From assembly GCA_965228735.1 (NCBI GenBank), contig OZ245838.1, positions 448,001-512,000 of the forward strand: DNA of 64,000 nt. The letters are read 5' to 3'. Origin of the DNA: Planctomycetota bacterium. Lineage in GTDB: Bacteria; Planctomycetota; UBA1135; UBA2386. Positions 37,543 to 46,634 of the stretch are shown here, piece by piece; the stretch's first letter is position 1; every line of letters begins with the position of its first letter. The notes beneath the pieces are model-generated. The model worked only from the letters and a program-made list of their open reading frames with translations, had not been told where the DNA came from and made no database searches. The position numbers and the translations under genes are program-made.

Positions 37543-40500
37543 ATGCCCGAAGACACCGACAAGCCCGCTGACGACAGTGGTTTCGATGCCGATCTCGATC
37601 GCGCGCTCGATGGCGGGTTCGCGGCGGCGGGTGACGAAAGCGAACAGGACGACTCGGTCCAGAGCCCCAGCGTGCTCGGCCGGATCGCCGAGCTGACCGG
37701 TGATACGCCCAAGGTCTCACTGCGCGAGCCGGCCCCGACCGGCAACACCCCGCTGCTGAAACCGCTCGGCCCGGGCGACGACGCCGTGCGCGGCAAGTAC
37801 ATGGTGCAGGGCGAGCTCGGCAAGGGCGGGGTTGGCGCCGTGCACAAGGGTCACGACACCGACCTCGGCCGCGACGTGGCAATGAAGTTCCTGCACGACC
37901 GCTACAAGGACGAGCCGGCCGTGCTGCACCGGTTCGTCGAGGAGGCGCAGATCGGCGGCCAGCTGCAGCACCCGGGCATCGTGCCGGTCTACGACCTCGG
38001 CATGAGCGACGGGCGACCGTTCTTCACGATGAAGCTCGTGAAGGGCGAGACGCTGGCCAGGCAACTCGGCGATCGCGAGGCGGTGACCGACGACCGGCGG
38101 CGGTTGCTGTCGGTGTTCGAGGATGTGTGCCAGACGATGGCGTACGCGCACGCGCGCGGCGTGGTGCACCGCGACCTCAAGCCGGCCAACATCATGGTCG
38201 GCGCGTTCGGCGAGGTGCAGGTCGTCGACTGGGGGATGGGGAAGGTGCTCGCGTCTGGCGGCGTTGCCGACGAGAAGCGCGCGGCCGACAAGCAGTCGGC
38301 GATGTCGGTGATCGAGACCGTGCGCAGTCAGGGTCACGGCACGCAGTCGTTGATGGGTTCGGTCATGGGGACCCCGGCCTATATGCCGCCGGAGCAGGCG
38401 CGTGGTGACGTCGAGGCGATGGACGAGCGCAGTGACGTGTTCGCGCTCGGGGCGATCCTGTGTGAGATCCTGACCGGACTGCCGCCGTACGTCGGCGAGC
38501 TCGAGGAACTGATCGGCATGGCGGCGATGGCGCAGCTCGACGACGCGAAGGCGCGGCTGTCAGGCTGTGGCGCCGAGCAGGACCTCGTCGATCTCGCCAC
38601 GCGTTGCCTGATGCCGGCGCCGGCGGCGCGCCCGAAGTCGGCCGAGGCGGTGGCGCAAGCGGTTCACGATCACCTCGCCGCGGTCGAAGCGCGGGTCCAC
38701 GATGCACGCGTTGAGGCGGCCGAAGCGAAGGTGCGGGCGACGGCGTTGACGAGGCAGCGCACGTTGGGACTCGCACTCACGACTGCTGTTGCGGCTGGGC
38801 TAGTGGTATCGCTGTGGTTCTGGTTCGATGCGGACGAGCAGCGTGCGCTGGCTGTTCAGGCTGCCAAGGACGAGAAGATTGCTGCCGAGCTCGCCGAGGA
38901 GCGGCGCATCGAGGCCGAGCGGCAACGCGACCAGGTCGAGCGCATCGCGGAGTTCATGAGTGAGACGCTCGCGGGCGCGGGGCCACGGGTCGCATTGGGG
39001 CGCGACACCACGCTGCTGCGCGAGATGATGGATGCTGCCGCCGAGCGGATCGCGGGCGGCGAACTGACTGCGTCGCCCGAGGCCGAACTGCGACTACGTG
39101 CGACCATTGGCGGAACGTATCAAGAACTGGCGGCGTACGACGAGGCCGAGCGCATGTTCGCGCCGGCGCTGCAGCTCGCGCGACAGCTGCATGTCGGCGA
39201 TCACGAGGTCGTCGCGACCGCGGCCGAGAACTTGGCGAGGGTGCATCGCGCGCGGGATGAGTTTGGCCTGGCCGAGCAGCTGATCGGCGAATCCTTGGCG
39301 ATGCGTCGTCGGATCTACCGCGGCGATCACGAACTCGTGGTGAGGAGCATCGACTGCCTTGCTAGGCTGGTCGGAAGTCAGGGAGATCCAACGAGAAGCG
39401 CCGAGCTGCATCGCGAGGCGGTGCAAATGGCGGAGCGTTCGTTCGGGAAGCAGGATCCCAGATACGCGCAGTATCTGGCCCATTGGGCAGACGCGCTGTG
39501 GACGCTCGGCGATCAGGACAGCGCCGAGGTCCACCTTCGCGAGAGCCTTGCGATCCATCGGCGGCATTTTCCGGGCGATCACCCGACGGTCGGGTCGGCC
39601 CTTGCCAATCTGGGGAAGCTGCTGACGCAGCAAGGCCAGCTCGATGAGGCGGACAAGCTGCTGCGTGAGGCGTTGGCAATCGACAGGCGAGTGTATCCCA
39701 GCGGTCACCCGCACACGGCGATCACTCTGGACAGCCTGGCGGCCCTGTTGGTAATCCGCGGGGAGCTGGAGAAGGCCGAGACTTGCGTACGGGAGGCTCT
39801 GGCCATTCGTCGGCGGGTATTCCCGGGGGACGGCACCCACGTGGTGACCAGTCTCGGATTGCTTGCGCAGATGCTTGTCCTCCGCGGGAGGCCCGCGGAG
39901 GCGGAGCCGCTCCAGCGGGAATCACTGGCCATGGCGAGGCGCCTCCTGGAGGGCGATCACCGTCAGATCGCGCTGGAAATGGCCCGGCTCGGGCACATCC
40001 TGCGTCTGCACGGTGATCTGGCAGAGTCGGAGCAGGTCTACCGCGAGTCCTTGGCGATGAGCCGCCGCCTCTACCGTGGCGACCATCCGGACGTGGCCGG
40101 GATGATGAACGACCTGGCACTTGTCGTGGGTGACCGTGGGGATGTTGCGGCGGGGGAGTCTCTGCTTCGAGAATCGTTGGCGATGAAGCGCCGGCTGCAC
40201 GGTCGCGACGATCAGGGCGTCGCAGTGACCCTCATCAACCTGGGCTCCGCGCTGCAGTCCCAGGGGGACCTGGACGCAGCCGAGGACGCCTACCGAGAGG
40301 CCTATGGGCTCATGAGCCGGATTGCGACCGGTGACCATCCATACCTTGCCAACTGTGCCTTGCTCTGGGGCCAGCTACTTCTCCAGCGTGGGGATGCGCG
40401 CGCCGCGGAGCCACTTCTTCGGGAGGCGTTGGCGCTGCGGCAGCGCGTGTACGAGTCGGGTCACGAGTTGATTCGTGCCGCCAAGGCGGCCCACGACAGC

Positions 40501-40869
40501 GCCATGGCGCAGTTGGGGAGAAGTGATGGGAGTTCGACACCTGCGGGTGGGAAGCACGACGACGCACCGGGTGATCTCGTTGCGCGTGCCCGGCAGTTGC
40601 TCGACCCCAGTGATGGCGAGAGCGACCGAGATCCGAAGCAGGCGCTCGTTCTCGCAGAGCAGGTAGTCGAGGCAACGCGCGCCGTGAAGTGCGGGCCGCT
40701 CCAGGTGCTCGCCGAGGCGCTGTTCGCGAACGGCAAGCCCGACGAGGCGAAGTCGAAGATGCAGCGTGCGATGCGCGCGTGGCACTCCACGCGTTCGGCC
40801 GAGAAGAAGGAACTCGGCGAGCGCGATCTGAAGTGGATGCAGCAGCGCTTGAGGGAGTACGGCAAGTGA
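37543..40869 (+). CDS. Membrane-anchored Hanks-type Ser/Thr protein kinase with TPR repeats
   Basis: [32 protein letters not shown] and SDVFALG; one TM segment; many GDHP-type TPR repeats. Confidence 0.95.
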   Translation: MPEDTDKPADDSGFDADLDRALDGGFAAAGDESEQDDSVQSPSVLGRIAELTGDTPKVSLREPAPTGNTPLLKPLGPGDDAVRGKYMVQGELGKGGVGAVHKGHDTDLGRDVAMKFLHDRYKDEPAVLHRFVEEAQIGGQLQHPGIVPVYDLGMSDGRPFFTMKLVKGETLARQLGDREAVTDDRRRLLSVFEDVCQTMAYAHARGVVHRDLKPANIMVGAFGEVQVVDWGMGKVLASGGVADEKRAADKQSAMSVIETVRSQGHGTQSLMGSVMGTPAYMPPEQARGDVEAMDERSDVFALGAILCEILTGLPPYVGELEELIGMAAMAQLDDAKARLSGCGAEQDLVDLATRCLMPAPAARPKSAEAVAQAVHDHLAAVEARVHDARVEAAEAKVRATALTRQRTLGLALTTAVAAGLVVSLWFWFDADEQRALAVQAAKDEKIAAELAEERRIEAERQRDQVERIAEFMSETLAGAGPRVALGRDTTLLREMMDAAAERIAGGELTASPEAELRLRATIGGTYQELAAYDEAERMFAPALQLARQLHVGDHEVVATAAENLARVHRARDEFGLAEQLIGESLAMRRRIYRGDHELVVRSIDCLARLVGSQGDPTRSAELHREAVQMAERSFGKQDPRYAQYLAHWADALWTLGDQDSAEVHLRESLAIHRRHFPGDHPTVGSALANLGKLLTQQGQLDEADKLLREALAIDRRVYPSGHPHTAITLDSLAALLVIRGELEKAETCVREALAIRRRVFPGDGTHVVTSLGLLAQMLVLRGRPAEAEPLQRESLAMARRLLEGDHRQIALEMARLGHILRLHGDLAESEQVYRESLAMSRRLYRGDHPDVAGMMNDLALVVGDRGDVAAGESLLRESLAMKRRLHGRDDQGVAVTLINLGSALQSQGDLDAAEDAYREAYGLMSRIATGDHPYLANCALLWGQLLLQRGDARAAEPLLREALALRQRVYESGHELIRAAKAAHDSAMAQLGRSDGSSTPAGGKHDDAPGDLVARARQLLDPSDGESDRDPKQALVLAEQVVEATRAVKCGPLQVLAEALFANGKPDEAKSKMQRAMRAWHSTRSAEKKELGERDLKWMQQRLREYGK

Positions 40870-41188
40870 CGAACGCCGACCGCGGCTACGACACCGACCC
40901 GCCGATGTCGTTGTCCGGCGTGTTGCCGCGACATCATGGCCGCCGACATGTGAGGCGGGCTGACGGGGCGCCACCGTGCGAGATAGCCGGGGTCGTGGGT
41001 CGAGCTGGAGCGAGATCGAGCGGCTCGAAGGGGAGCCAGGCGGGGTGGATCGTGGATCGTGGCGAGTTGGGTTCGGGGTGGCCGGCACAATCTGAGCGCC
41101 CGGGGGTGAAAAGCTGATCCCCGCGGTGCGTGGCAGAGGCGCTTGGCGGCGCGGCGATCCGCTTCGCGCATAGCTCCTTGCCAGGGAA

Positions 41189-41233
41189 TGGAGTGGGTGA
41201 TCGGGATCGAACCGACGACATTCAGCTTGGGAA
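41189..41233 (-). repeat. 3' half of tRNA-Gly(CCC): att site, not a complete tRNA
   Basis: Minus strand TTCCCAAGCTGAATGTCGTCGGTTCGATCCCGATCACCCACTCCA contains the anticodon loop, T arm and CCA. No D arm or 5' acceptor strand upstream. Confidence 0.85.
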
Positions 41234-41484
41234 AGGCGTCGGGTCGGAAAGTGACAAGCGCGGACAATAGCGGTCAGGCGCGGTCAAGTGAGGGCGAGCC
41301 AGCTGGTTCCGAAGAATCGGGCGAGCCGACTTATGAGCGTGATGCGGACACCTGAGGACATGCGCGGGGCGTATTGTTGGCACTAAGTTGGCAATCCGAC
41401 ATCGGGCGCGATGCGGCAGCCACGGGCAACACGCATGGAGATCACGCCGCCGACGCCGCGCAGTGCTCGACCCGCGCTTGCCAG

Positions 41485-41799
41485 CTAGTCCCAGTCGCAG
41501 AGCGAATCGTTCTCGTCGTAGAACACCTTGCCGTCCTGGAAACACAGGTCCGCGGGCGTGCCGTCTGGCAGCCTGAATGCCGCCCATCCGTAGATGTGGG
41601 GCGCGATCGCCTTGAGGATTGGGACCGCAGGGTTGCCCCACCAGCCATCGTGAAGCACGAATCCCGACCAGGCGGAGAAGTCAACGCGTCCTTCGCGGCT
41701 CACCAATCCCATGGTGTCCATCGACGCGGAGATCTTCTTGAGCGCCTCGACGTCGAGGTGGTCGATCTTCTGCTCTTCAAAATCTTGTCTATCTCCCAT
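41485..41799 (-). CDS. Hypothetical protein
   Basis: Short ORF near a strong AAAGGAGG RBS. Start frame is ambiguous and may be frameshifted. Confidence 0.45.
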   Translation of the reverse strand: MGDRQDFEEQKIDHLDVEALKKISASMDTMGLVSREGRVDFSAWSGFVLHDGWWGNPAVPILKAIAPHIYGWAAFRLPDGTPADLCFQDGKVFYDENDSLCDWD

Positions 41800-41917
41800 T
41801 TCATATGCCCTCCTTTGCATACAACTGAGGGCACACACCTATTTAGTCTTTCGGTTGGCTGGGGAGTCCGCGCTGCCGGTCCGACAGGTTTAAGAAGCTC
41901 CAATCCCTCTGCCTGAG

Positions 41918-42151
41918 ATGCGGAAGCGTAGAGACATCCTCACCATCGCGGAGAAGGTGCATTGGGAGCTGCGGGTGCGGGGCGAGACGTCGATCACGAC
42001 GCTTTGTGAAGCGACCGGGTCGACGCGCGAGACGATCGTCAAAGTGCTGGCGCACCTAAAGAGGCTCGGGCTGGTCCGTGAGCGTCGAGTGCCCGAGGTT
42101 GCGCCGCCACGTCCGATGCGCTTCTTCTTTCTTGGCTCTCGACGACGATGA
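41918..42151 (+). CDS. Small winged-helix DNA-binding protein
   Basis: SITTLCEATGSTRETIVKVLAHLKRLGLV wHTH pattern. Confidence 0.55.
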   Translation: MRKRRDILTIAEKVHWELRVRGETSITTLCEATGSTRETIVKVLAHLKRLGLVRERRVPEVAPPRPMRFFFLGSRRR

Positions 42152-42229
42152 TCCGATCGGGGGCGCGACGTCGACTGGCTGGCATGCAGCGGCCCCTCTT
42201 CTACTCGCTGCCGTCGCCTCGTGTCGTGG

Positions 42230-43441
42230 TCAACGAAGGGGCAGCGCTGCAGTCTGCACGCCCTTGCTGGTCCACGCGAAGACGAGCTCTTCGCCATGGC
42301 GTGCCATCTGCGGGAAGCCGTTTCCTCGAGCTGTGCCGCTGTCGGCGATCGTTGTCGCCGTTCCTACGGTTCCATCCGGCGCCACCTGCCGCAGTCGTAT
42401 CGCGCCGCCGCTGGCCGTTGTCGCCAACCAACAGACGAAGATCGAGCCGTTGTCGTGTAGCAGAACCTCGACGCGGCCGGCTGGATTGGAATCGTCGATC
42501 GTGATGGGTTCGCCGAATGTTGCGCCCGCGTCCTTCGACACCGCGAGGAGCACCCGTGGCTCTCCGCCAGCGGCGGTGAACCAGGCCACGGCGACGCGTC
42601 GTTCGACCGCGGCTACCGAAGGACCGTTGACCGGACACCCGTGAATCTTCCACCCGTCCTCGACAACCGGTCGAGGCTCGGTCCAACGACCGTCAACGCG
42701 CCGAACGATCGAGATGTCTCGAACCTCGTCGCCCGATCGATCGCGGTAGGCGACGATGGGGCCGTCCTTCGTCATGGCGGCTGAAGTCTGGCAGCACTCG
42801 CAGACGCGAGCGTCGAGGACGGCGGGGTTCTGCAGCGTGCCGTCACGGAGGACTTCGACGAACCGCAAGGTCATGTCTCCTCGGCCCGAATGCTGGTCAG
42901 CGGGCTTCATCTCACGTCCGTCGAGCCAGACTGCGGAGAGGACGTCGTCTGCGCCGGCGAACAGGGACACGAACCCGTGCTCTGCCTGAACACCGTCGCG
43001 ATGCGGCACCAAGCTCGGGGTCCAGGTAGCGCCACCGTCGAAAGACCGCGAGATCGAGACGTCGTAGTCGAACGTGCCCGATCCGCTCTTGACCAGCCAA
43101 TGGGCCGCCATCGTTCCGTCCGGCAGTGCGATCATCGACGGGAAGTCGGCCCAGTTCACGAACCAGTCCTTGTCCTCCTTGGCGATGATGCGCGGGGCGG
43201 ACCAGTCGTCGCCCTTGCGAACGGTGAATCTCAGGGAGTGTCGTTCCGAGCTGTGTTCGATCCAGCTCAGGAACAGGCGGCCGTCCGGTCCGGTCGTGAG
43301 GTTGGGCTGCCCACTCTGTGGGCCGGCGGGGGAGGGTAGCTCGCGCACCTGTGCGACGAGACCGGATGCGAGCAGTGCAGCGAGAAGCGCATGATGGAGA
43401 GCGCATCGGTGGGTTTGGTCGGTGAAGCGGGTTGTCAGCAT
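42230..43441 (-). CDS. Secreted BNR/Asp-box (sialidase-like) beta-propeller protein with Cys motifs
   Basis: SFDGGATW and SKDAGATF Asp-boxes, [14 protein letters not shown] and GCPVNGP. Confidence 0.85.
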   Translation of the reverse strand: MLTTRFTDQTHRCALHHALLAALLASGLVAQVRELPSPAGPQSGQPNLTTGPDGRLFLSWIEHSSERHSLRFTVRKGDDWSAPRIIAKEDKDWFVNWADFPSMIALPDGTMAAHWLVKSGSGTFDYDVSISRSFDGGATWTPSLVPHRDGVQAEHGFVSLFAGADDVLSAVWLDGREMKPADQHSGRGDMTLRFVEVLRDGTLQNPAVLDARVCECCQTSAAMTKDGPIVAYRDRSGDEVRDISIVRRVDGRWTEPRPVVEDGWKIHGCPVNGPSVAAVERRVAVAWFTAAGGEPRVLLAVSKDAGATFGEPITIDDSNPAGRVEVLLHDNGSIFVCWLATTASGGAIRLRQVAPDGTVGTATTIADSGTARGNGFPQMARHGEELVFAWTSKGVQTAALPLR

Positions 43442-43706
43442 CTGCGGCAACTATCCCCGGGGGTTGCCCCTCGAGTGAGGGATTTCGACTGACGACTGAC
43501 CGTCGACCGTCCGGTGGCATCCCGATGGCGCGTCGGCGACTCGACGATGCCGTTCGCGGGCGAGCGGCGAGCCATCATCTCGCTACTCCGCGGCTCGCAG
43601 GAGGTTCGGTTGTCGTGATGACGCGACGGCAAGTCGCGCAACCCGGCCTCTCTGCCGCCGGTATGATCCTTGCTGAGAAGTCCGTCCAAGAACTCTAGGA
43701 GGCTCC

Positions 43707-45866
43707 ATGCACTGGTCCATCGGCGTTGTTGCTGCATCTTGGTTCGTCGTTTCCCTTGGTGCTCAGACCTGGAATCGCGCCGATGCCTTCCCGAGTGCAG
43801 GGTCGGGGATCATGACTCACGACCGCGACCGGGATCGCGTAGTGATGTTCGGGCACTACAACGGCGATGACGTCACCTGGGAGTGGACCGGCGCGACGTG
43901 GTCGCCCAATCACACCGCGACGTATCCGTCGGTGACCTTCCGTCACACGTTGGTCTACGACGACGCGCGCCGCCAGACGTGGTTGTTCGACTTCGGTTCG
44001 CGCGAGACTTGGGCCTACGACGGTCGGATGTGGTCCCAGGTGAACACGTCGATGGCGCCGTCGTATCGCGAGGCCCCGAGCATGGTGTTCGACCGTCAGC
44101 GCGACGTCGCAGTTCTGTTCGGCGGCCAGTTCGACCACCACACTGTGTTGAGCGACACTTGGGAATGGGATGGGACCTCGTGGACTCAGGCGCAACCGCC
44201 GGTGATCCCGGGTGCCCGCGCGGGTCACGCGATGACCTACGATCCGGTTGCCGGCGAAGTGTTGATGTTCGGCGGTAGCAACCTCCAAGGCGTGCTCGAC
44301 GACACCTGGGCCTGGGACGGGACGTTCTGGGTGCAGCAGCAGGCCTTCGTCAGGCCAGCCGCGCGTTGGGGGAGCGCGATGGCGTTCGACTCGGTCCGCC
44401 AACGGCCGCTGCTCTTCGGCGGCAGGAGCATCCAGACTTACGACGACACCTGGGAGTGGACCGGTAGCAACTGGCAACAGCTGCAGCCGGCGACGACGCC
44501 GCCGTGGGACTTCGGCGCTGCCCTGGTGGCTCACGACGGCACGAACAGTCTGTTATTGCACGGCGCGGCCGAGGGGCAGACCTGGCGCTGGGATGGCACG
44601 GATTGGTCCTTGGCCCAGGACTGGCCGGCTCCGGCATTGATGGAGTCCGCCGCCGCGGCCGACCGCGCTCGTGGCAAGATCGTGGTGTTCGGCGATGCGC
44701 GCGGCAACAGTACGTTCCCGGCGCCGGTGCCGACCGGCACGTGGGAGTGGGATGGCATCGAGTGGGAGCGCAAGCAGCCGGCGGTCGAGCCGCCCTCGCG
44801 CGGCTATGGCGCGATGGCGTCGGATCCGCTGCTCGGCAAGACGATTCTCTACGGCGGCCAGCAGCGGGTGAACTACCAGTGGCTGTTCGACACCTGGGAG
44901 TGGGACGGCAACCAGTGGACGCAGCGGTTCCCAACGACATCGCCGCAGGTGCGTTTGCGTTCGACGATGTACTTCGATGCCACGATCGGACGCGCTGTCC
45001 TCGCCACCGAGAACGTGGCCGGCCAGCCGACCGGGTTCTACGAGTGGACCTGGGACGGCAACGATTGGCAGCCGCTCACCTCGACGACCGCGCTCGGTCA
45101 GTTCCGCGCGGCCGGCTACGACGAAGCGCGAGGAGTCGCCGTCGCGGTCACCTCGAGCGGAACGTTCGAGCGGGTCGGCGGGCAGTGGCAACAATTGACG
45201 GGGGCGGGTCCGTTCTTCGGCGCGTTCGACGGTCGCGGTTTCGCCTACGATCCGGCGCGGCAGACGATGGTGGCGATCACCTACGCTACCAGCTTGGGTG
45301 CATACTCGGCCCCGGCCTGGGAGTGGGATGGCCTGTCCTGGTCGAGCCTGCCCTCGGCCCAGGGGCACGGCTACTATGCCGCGCGCCTGCTCGTCGAAGA
45401 CCCCACGCGTGGACAGCTCACCCTCATCGGCGGCAACATCCTCGCTACGCGATTCTGGAACCTCACCGATTCTCCGGCGTTCGGCGAGGCGTTCGGCGGC
45501 GCCTGCGGCGGATCTGCCGGTGAGGTCACGGTCACTGCGCGCGGGAAACCGCGCACCGGCAACGCGGCGTTCGGAGTCGACGTCGACCACGCACTCCCCG
45601 GGGCTCTCGTCCTGCTCGGCATCTCGATCGGTGAAGGCAACGCCCCGCTCGGCAACGGTTGCTCGTGGTACTTCGGCAGTCCGATCGCATCGCACGTGTT
45701 GTTCGCCAGTGCCTCCGGGTTCGCGGCGGTCGATCTTCCGATTCCTCAGAGCACGGCGTTTCGGGGCATCGTCCTGGCGTCGCAGGCGTTCGCCATCGAC
45801 CCGGCGGGTCCGCACCTGGGTGGTTTGGCGGCCAGTGCGGGGCTTCGTATTCGGATCGGCGACTGA
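43707..45866 (+). CDS. Secreted Kelch-like beta-propeller repeat protein, paralog of 14818-16986
   Basis: DTWEWDG repeats and C-terminal appended domain ending LRIRIGD. GGAGG RBS. Confidence 0.85.
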   Translation: MHWSIGVVAASWFVVSLGAQTWNRADAFPSAGSGIMTHDRDRDRVVMFGHYNGDDVTWEWTGATWSPNHTATYPSVTFRHTLVYDDARRQTWLFDFGSRETWAYDGRMWSQVNTSMAPSYREAPSMVFDRQRDVAVLFGGQFDHHTVLSDTWEWDGTSWTQAQPPVIPGARAGHAMTYDPVAGEVLMFGGSNLQGVLDDTWAWDGTFWVQQQAFVRPAARWGSAMAFDSVRQRPLLFGGRSIQTYDDTWEWTGSNWQQLQPATTPPWDFGAALVAHDGTNSLLLHGAAEGQTWRWDGTDWSLAQDWPAPALMESAAAADRARGKIVVFGDARGNSTFPAPVPTGTWEWDGIEWERKQPAVEPPSRGYGAMASDPLLGKTILYGGQQRVNYQWLFDTWEWDGNQWTQRFPTTSPQVRLRSTMYFDATIGRAVLATENVAGQPTGFYEWTWDGNDWQPLTSTTALGQFRAAGYDEARGVAVAVTSSGTFERVGGQWQQLTGAGPFFGAFDGRGFAYDPARQTMVAITYATSLGAYSAPAWEWDGLSWSSLPSAQGHGYYAARLLVEDPTRGQLTLIGGNILATRFWNLTDSPAFGEAFGGACGGSAGEVTVTARGKPRTGNAAFGVDVDHALPGALVLLGISIGEGNAPLGNGCSWYFGSPIASHVLFASASGFAAVDLPIPQSTAFRGIVLASQAFAIDPAGPHLGGLAASAGLRIRIGD

Positions 45867-46012
45867 CCTGGGTTGCCGGAATCTAGCCGTCAGCAAACGG
45901 CCGGCAGTTGTCGGAGCCCGCGGATGTCAACAGTCGTTGCTGGCACTGGCGCGCCACGTCTACCAACTCGATGCGCGGGCGCCGTGCGGTACGTCCCGGG
46001 CCCGGTAGTCGC

Positions 46013-46312
46013 CTAGGACTTTTTCTTCGCGGTCTGCCCGGCCTCTTCAAGGCCGCTCAGAACTGTTTCGACGCTGGTCTTCGCCGGATCGAAGCTGACG
46101 ATGATGTCGGTCTTGCCGGCTTCCACCTTGGCGCCGGTGACGCCGGGCATGTCGGTCAGCAGGCCACGCACGGTGGCCGCACAACCGCCTCAAGATGGCG
46201 CCTTGGCCAGAACGAGTGCGACATCGACACCATTGGAAGCTTGCTGCATCGAGGTACAAGCGCCCAGGGCAAGGAGGAGCGAAGCTGCGCTCGTCAGGGA
46301 GGATCGTTTCAT
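46013..46312 (-). CDS. Predicted selenoprotein: HMA (CopZ/MerP-like) lipoprotein with UxxC motif
   Basis: LGAC lipobox. In-frame TGA at 46190-46192 gives PS-U-GGC-AATVRGLLTDMPGV...VSFDPAKTSVETVLSGLEEAG, a complete HMA fold ending at TAG. Confidence 0.8.
46153..46187 (-). promoter_or_regulatory. Candidate bacterial SECIS hairpin
   Basis: CGGUUG-U-GC-GGCCAC-[CGUGC]-GUGGCC-U-GC-UGACCG. The upper stem starts 11 nt after UGA and the apical loop contains GU. Confidence 0.6.
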
Positions 46313-46382
46313 TGTTCTTCGAGTTGGGGTGAGGCTGGAGGAATCTAGCGCGCAGCTGACGAGAGGGAAGGCCCTCGGCGCC

Positions 46383-46634
46383 TCACTTCCGTAGCTTGGC
46401 GAGAAAGCGTTCCTTGTCGTCCTCGAACTCCGCGACGCACGGGCGGCAGCAGAACTTGACTTCCTGGTCGCCGTAGACCTTGACGACCGGATCGCCCATC
46501 GATCCGAGCTTGTTGTCGGTGACGATGCAGACGTCGGAAGGGTAGGGTCGAACATTGGCGTGGATCGCTGCGCAGGAGGCGAACAGCGCGGCGAATGCAG
46601 TAATGGCGAGCGCGCGGATTCGGTTGGTCTTCAT
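46383..46634 (-). CDS. YHS/TRASH-like metal-binding lipoprotein
   Basis: FASC lipobox; CIVTDNKLGSMG...KFCCRPC. Confidence 0.8.
   Translation of the reverse strand: MKTNRIRALAITAFAALFASCAAIHANVRPYPSDVCIVTDNKLGSMGDPVVKVYGDQEVKFCCRPCVAEFEDDKERFLAKLRK

Noticed and set aside
41189..41265. Complete tRNA-Gly gene
   Set aside because: Only the anticodon loop to CCA is present. The upstream sequence cannot form the D arm or acceptor stem.
43450..43470. C-tract/G-tract as a CsoR/RcnR operator
   Set aside because: Poor palindrome, single occurrence, and no such regulator in the window.
46190..46555. ORF-track calls 46190-46555 and 53264-53602 as complete genes
   Set aside because: Each is a piece of an HMA gene split at an in-frame TGA.
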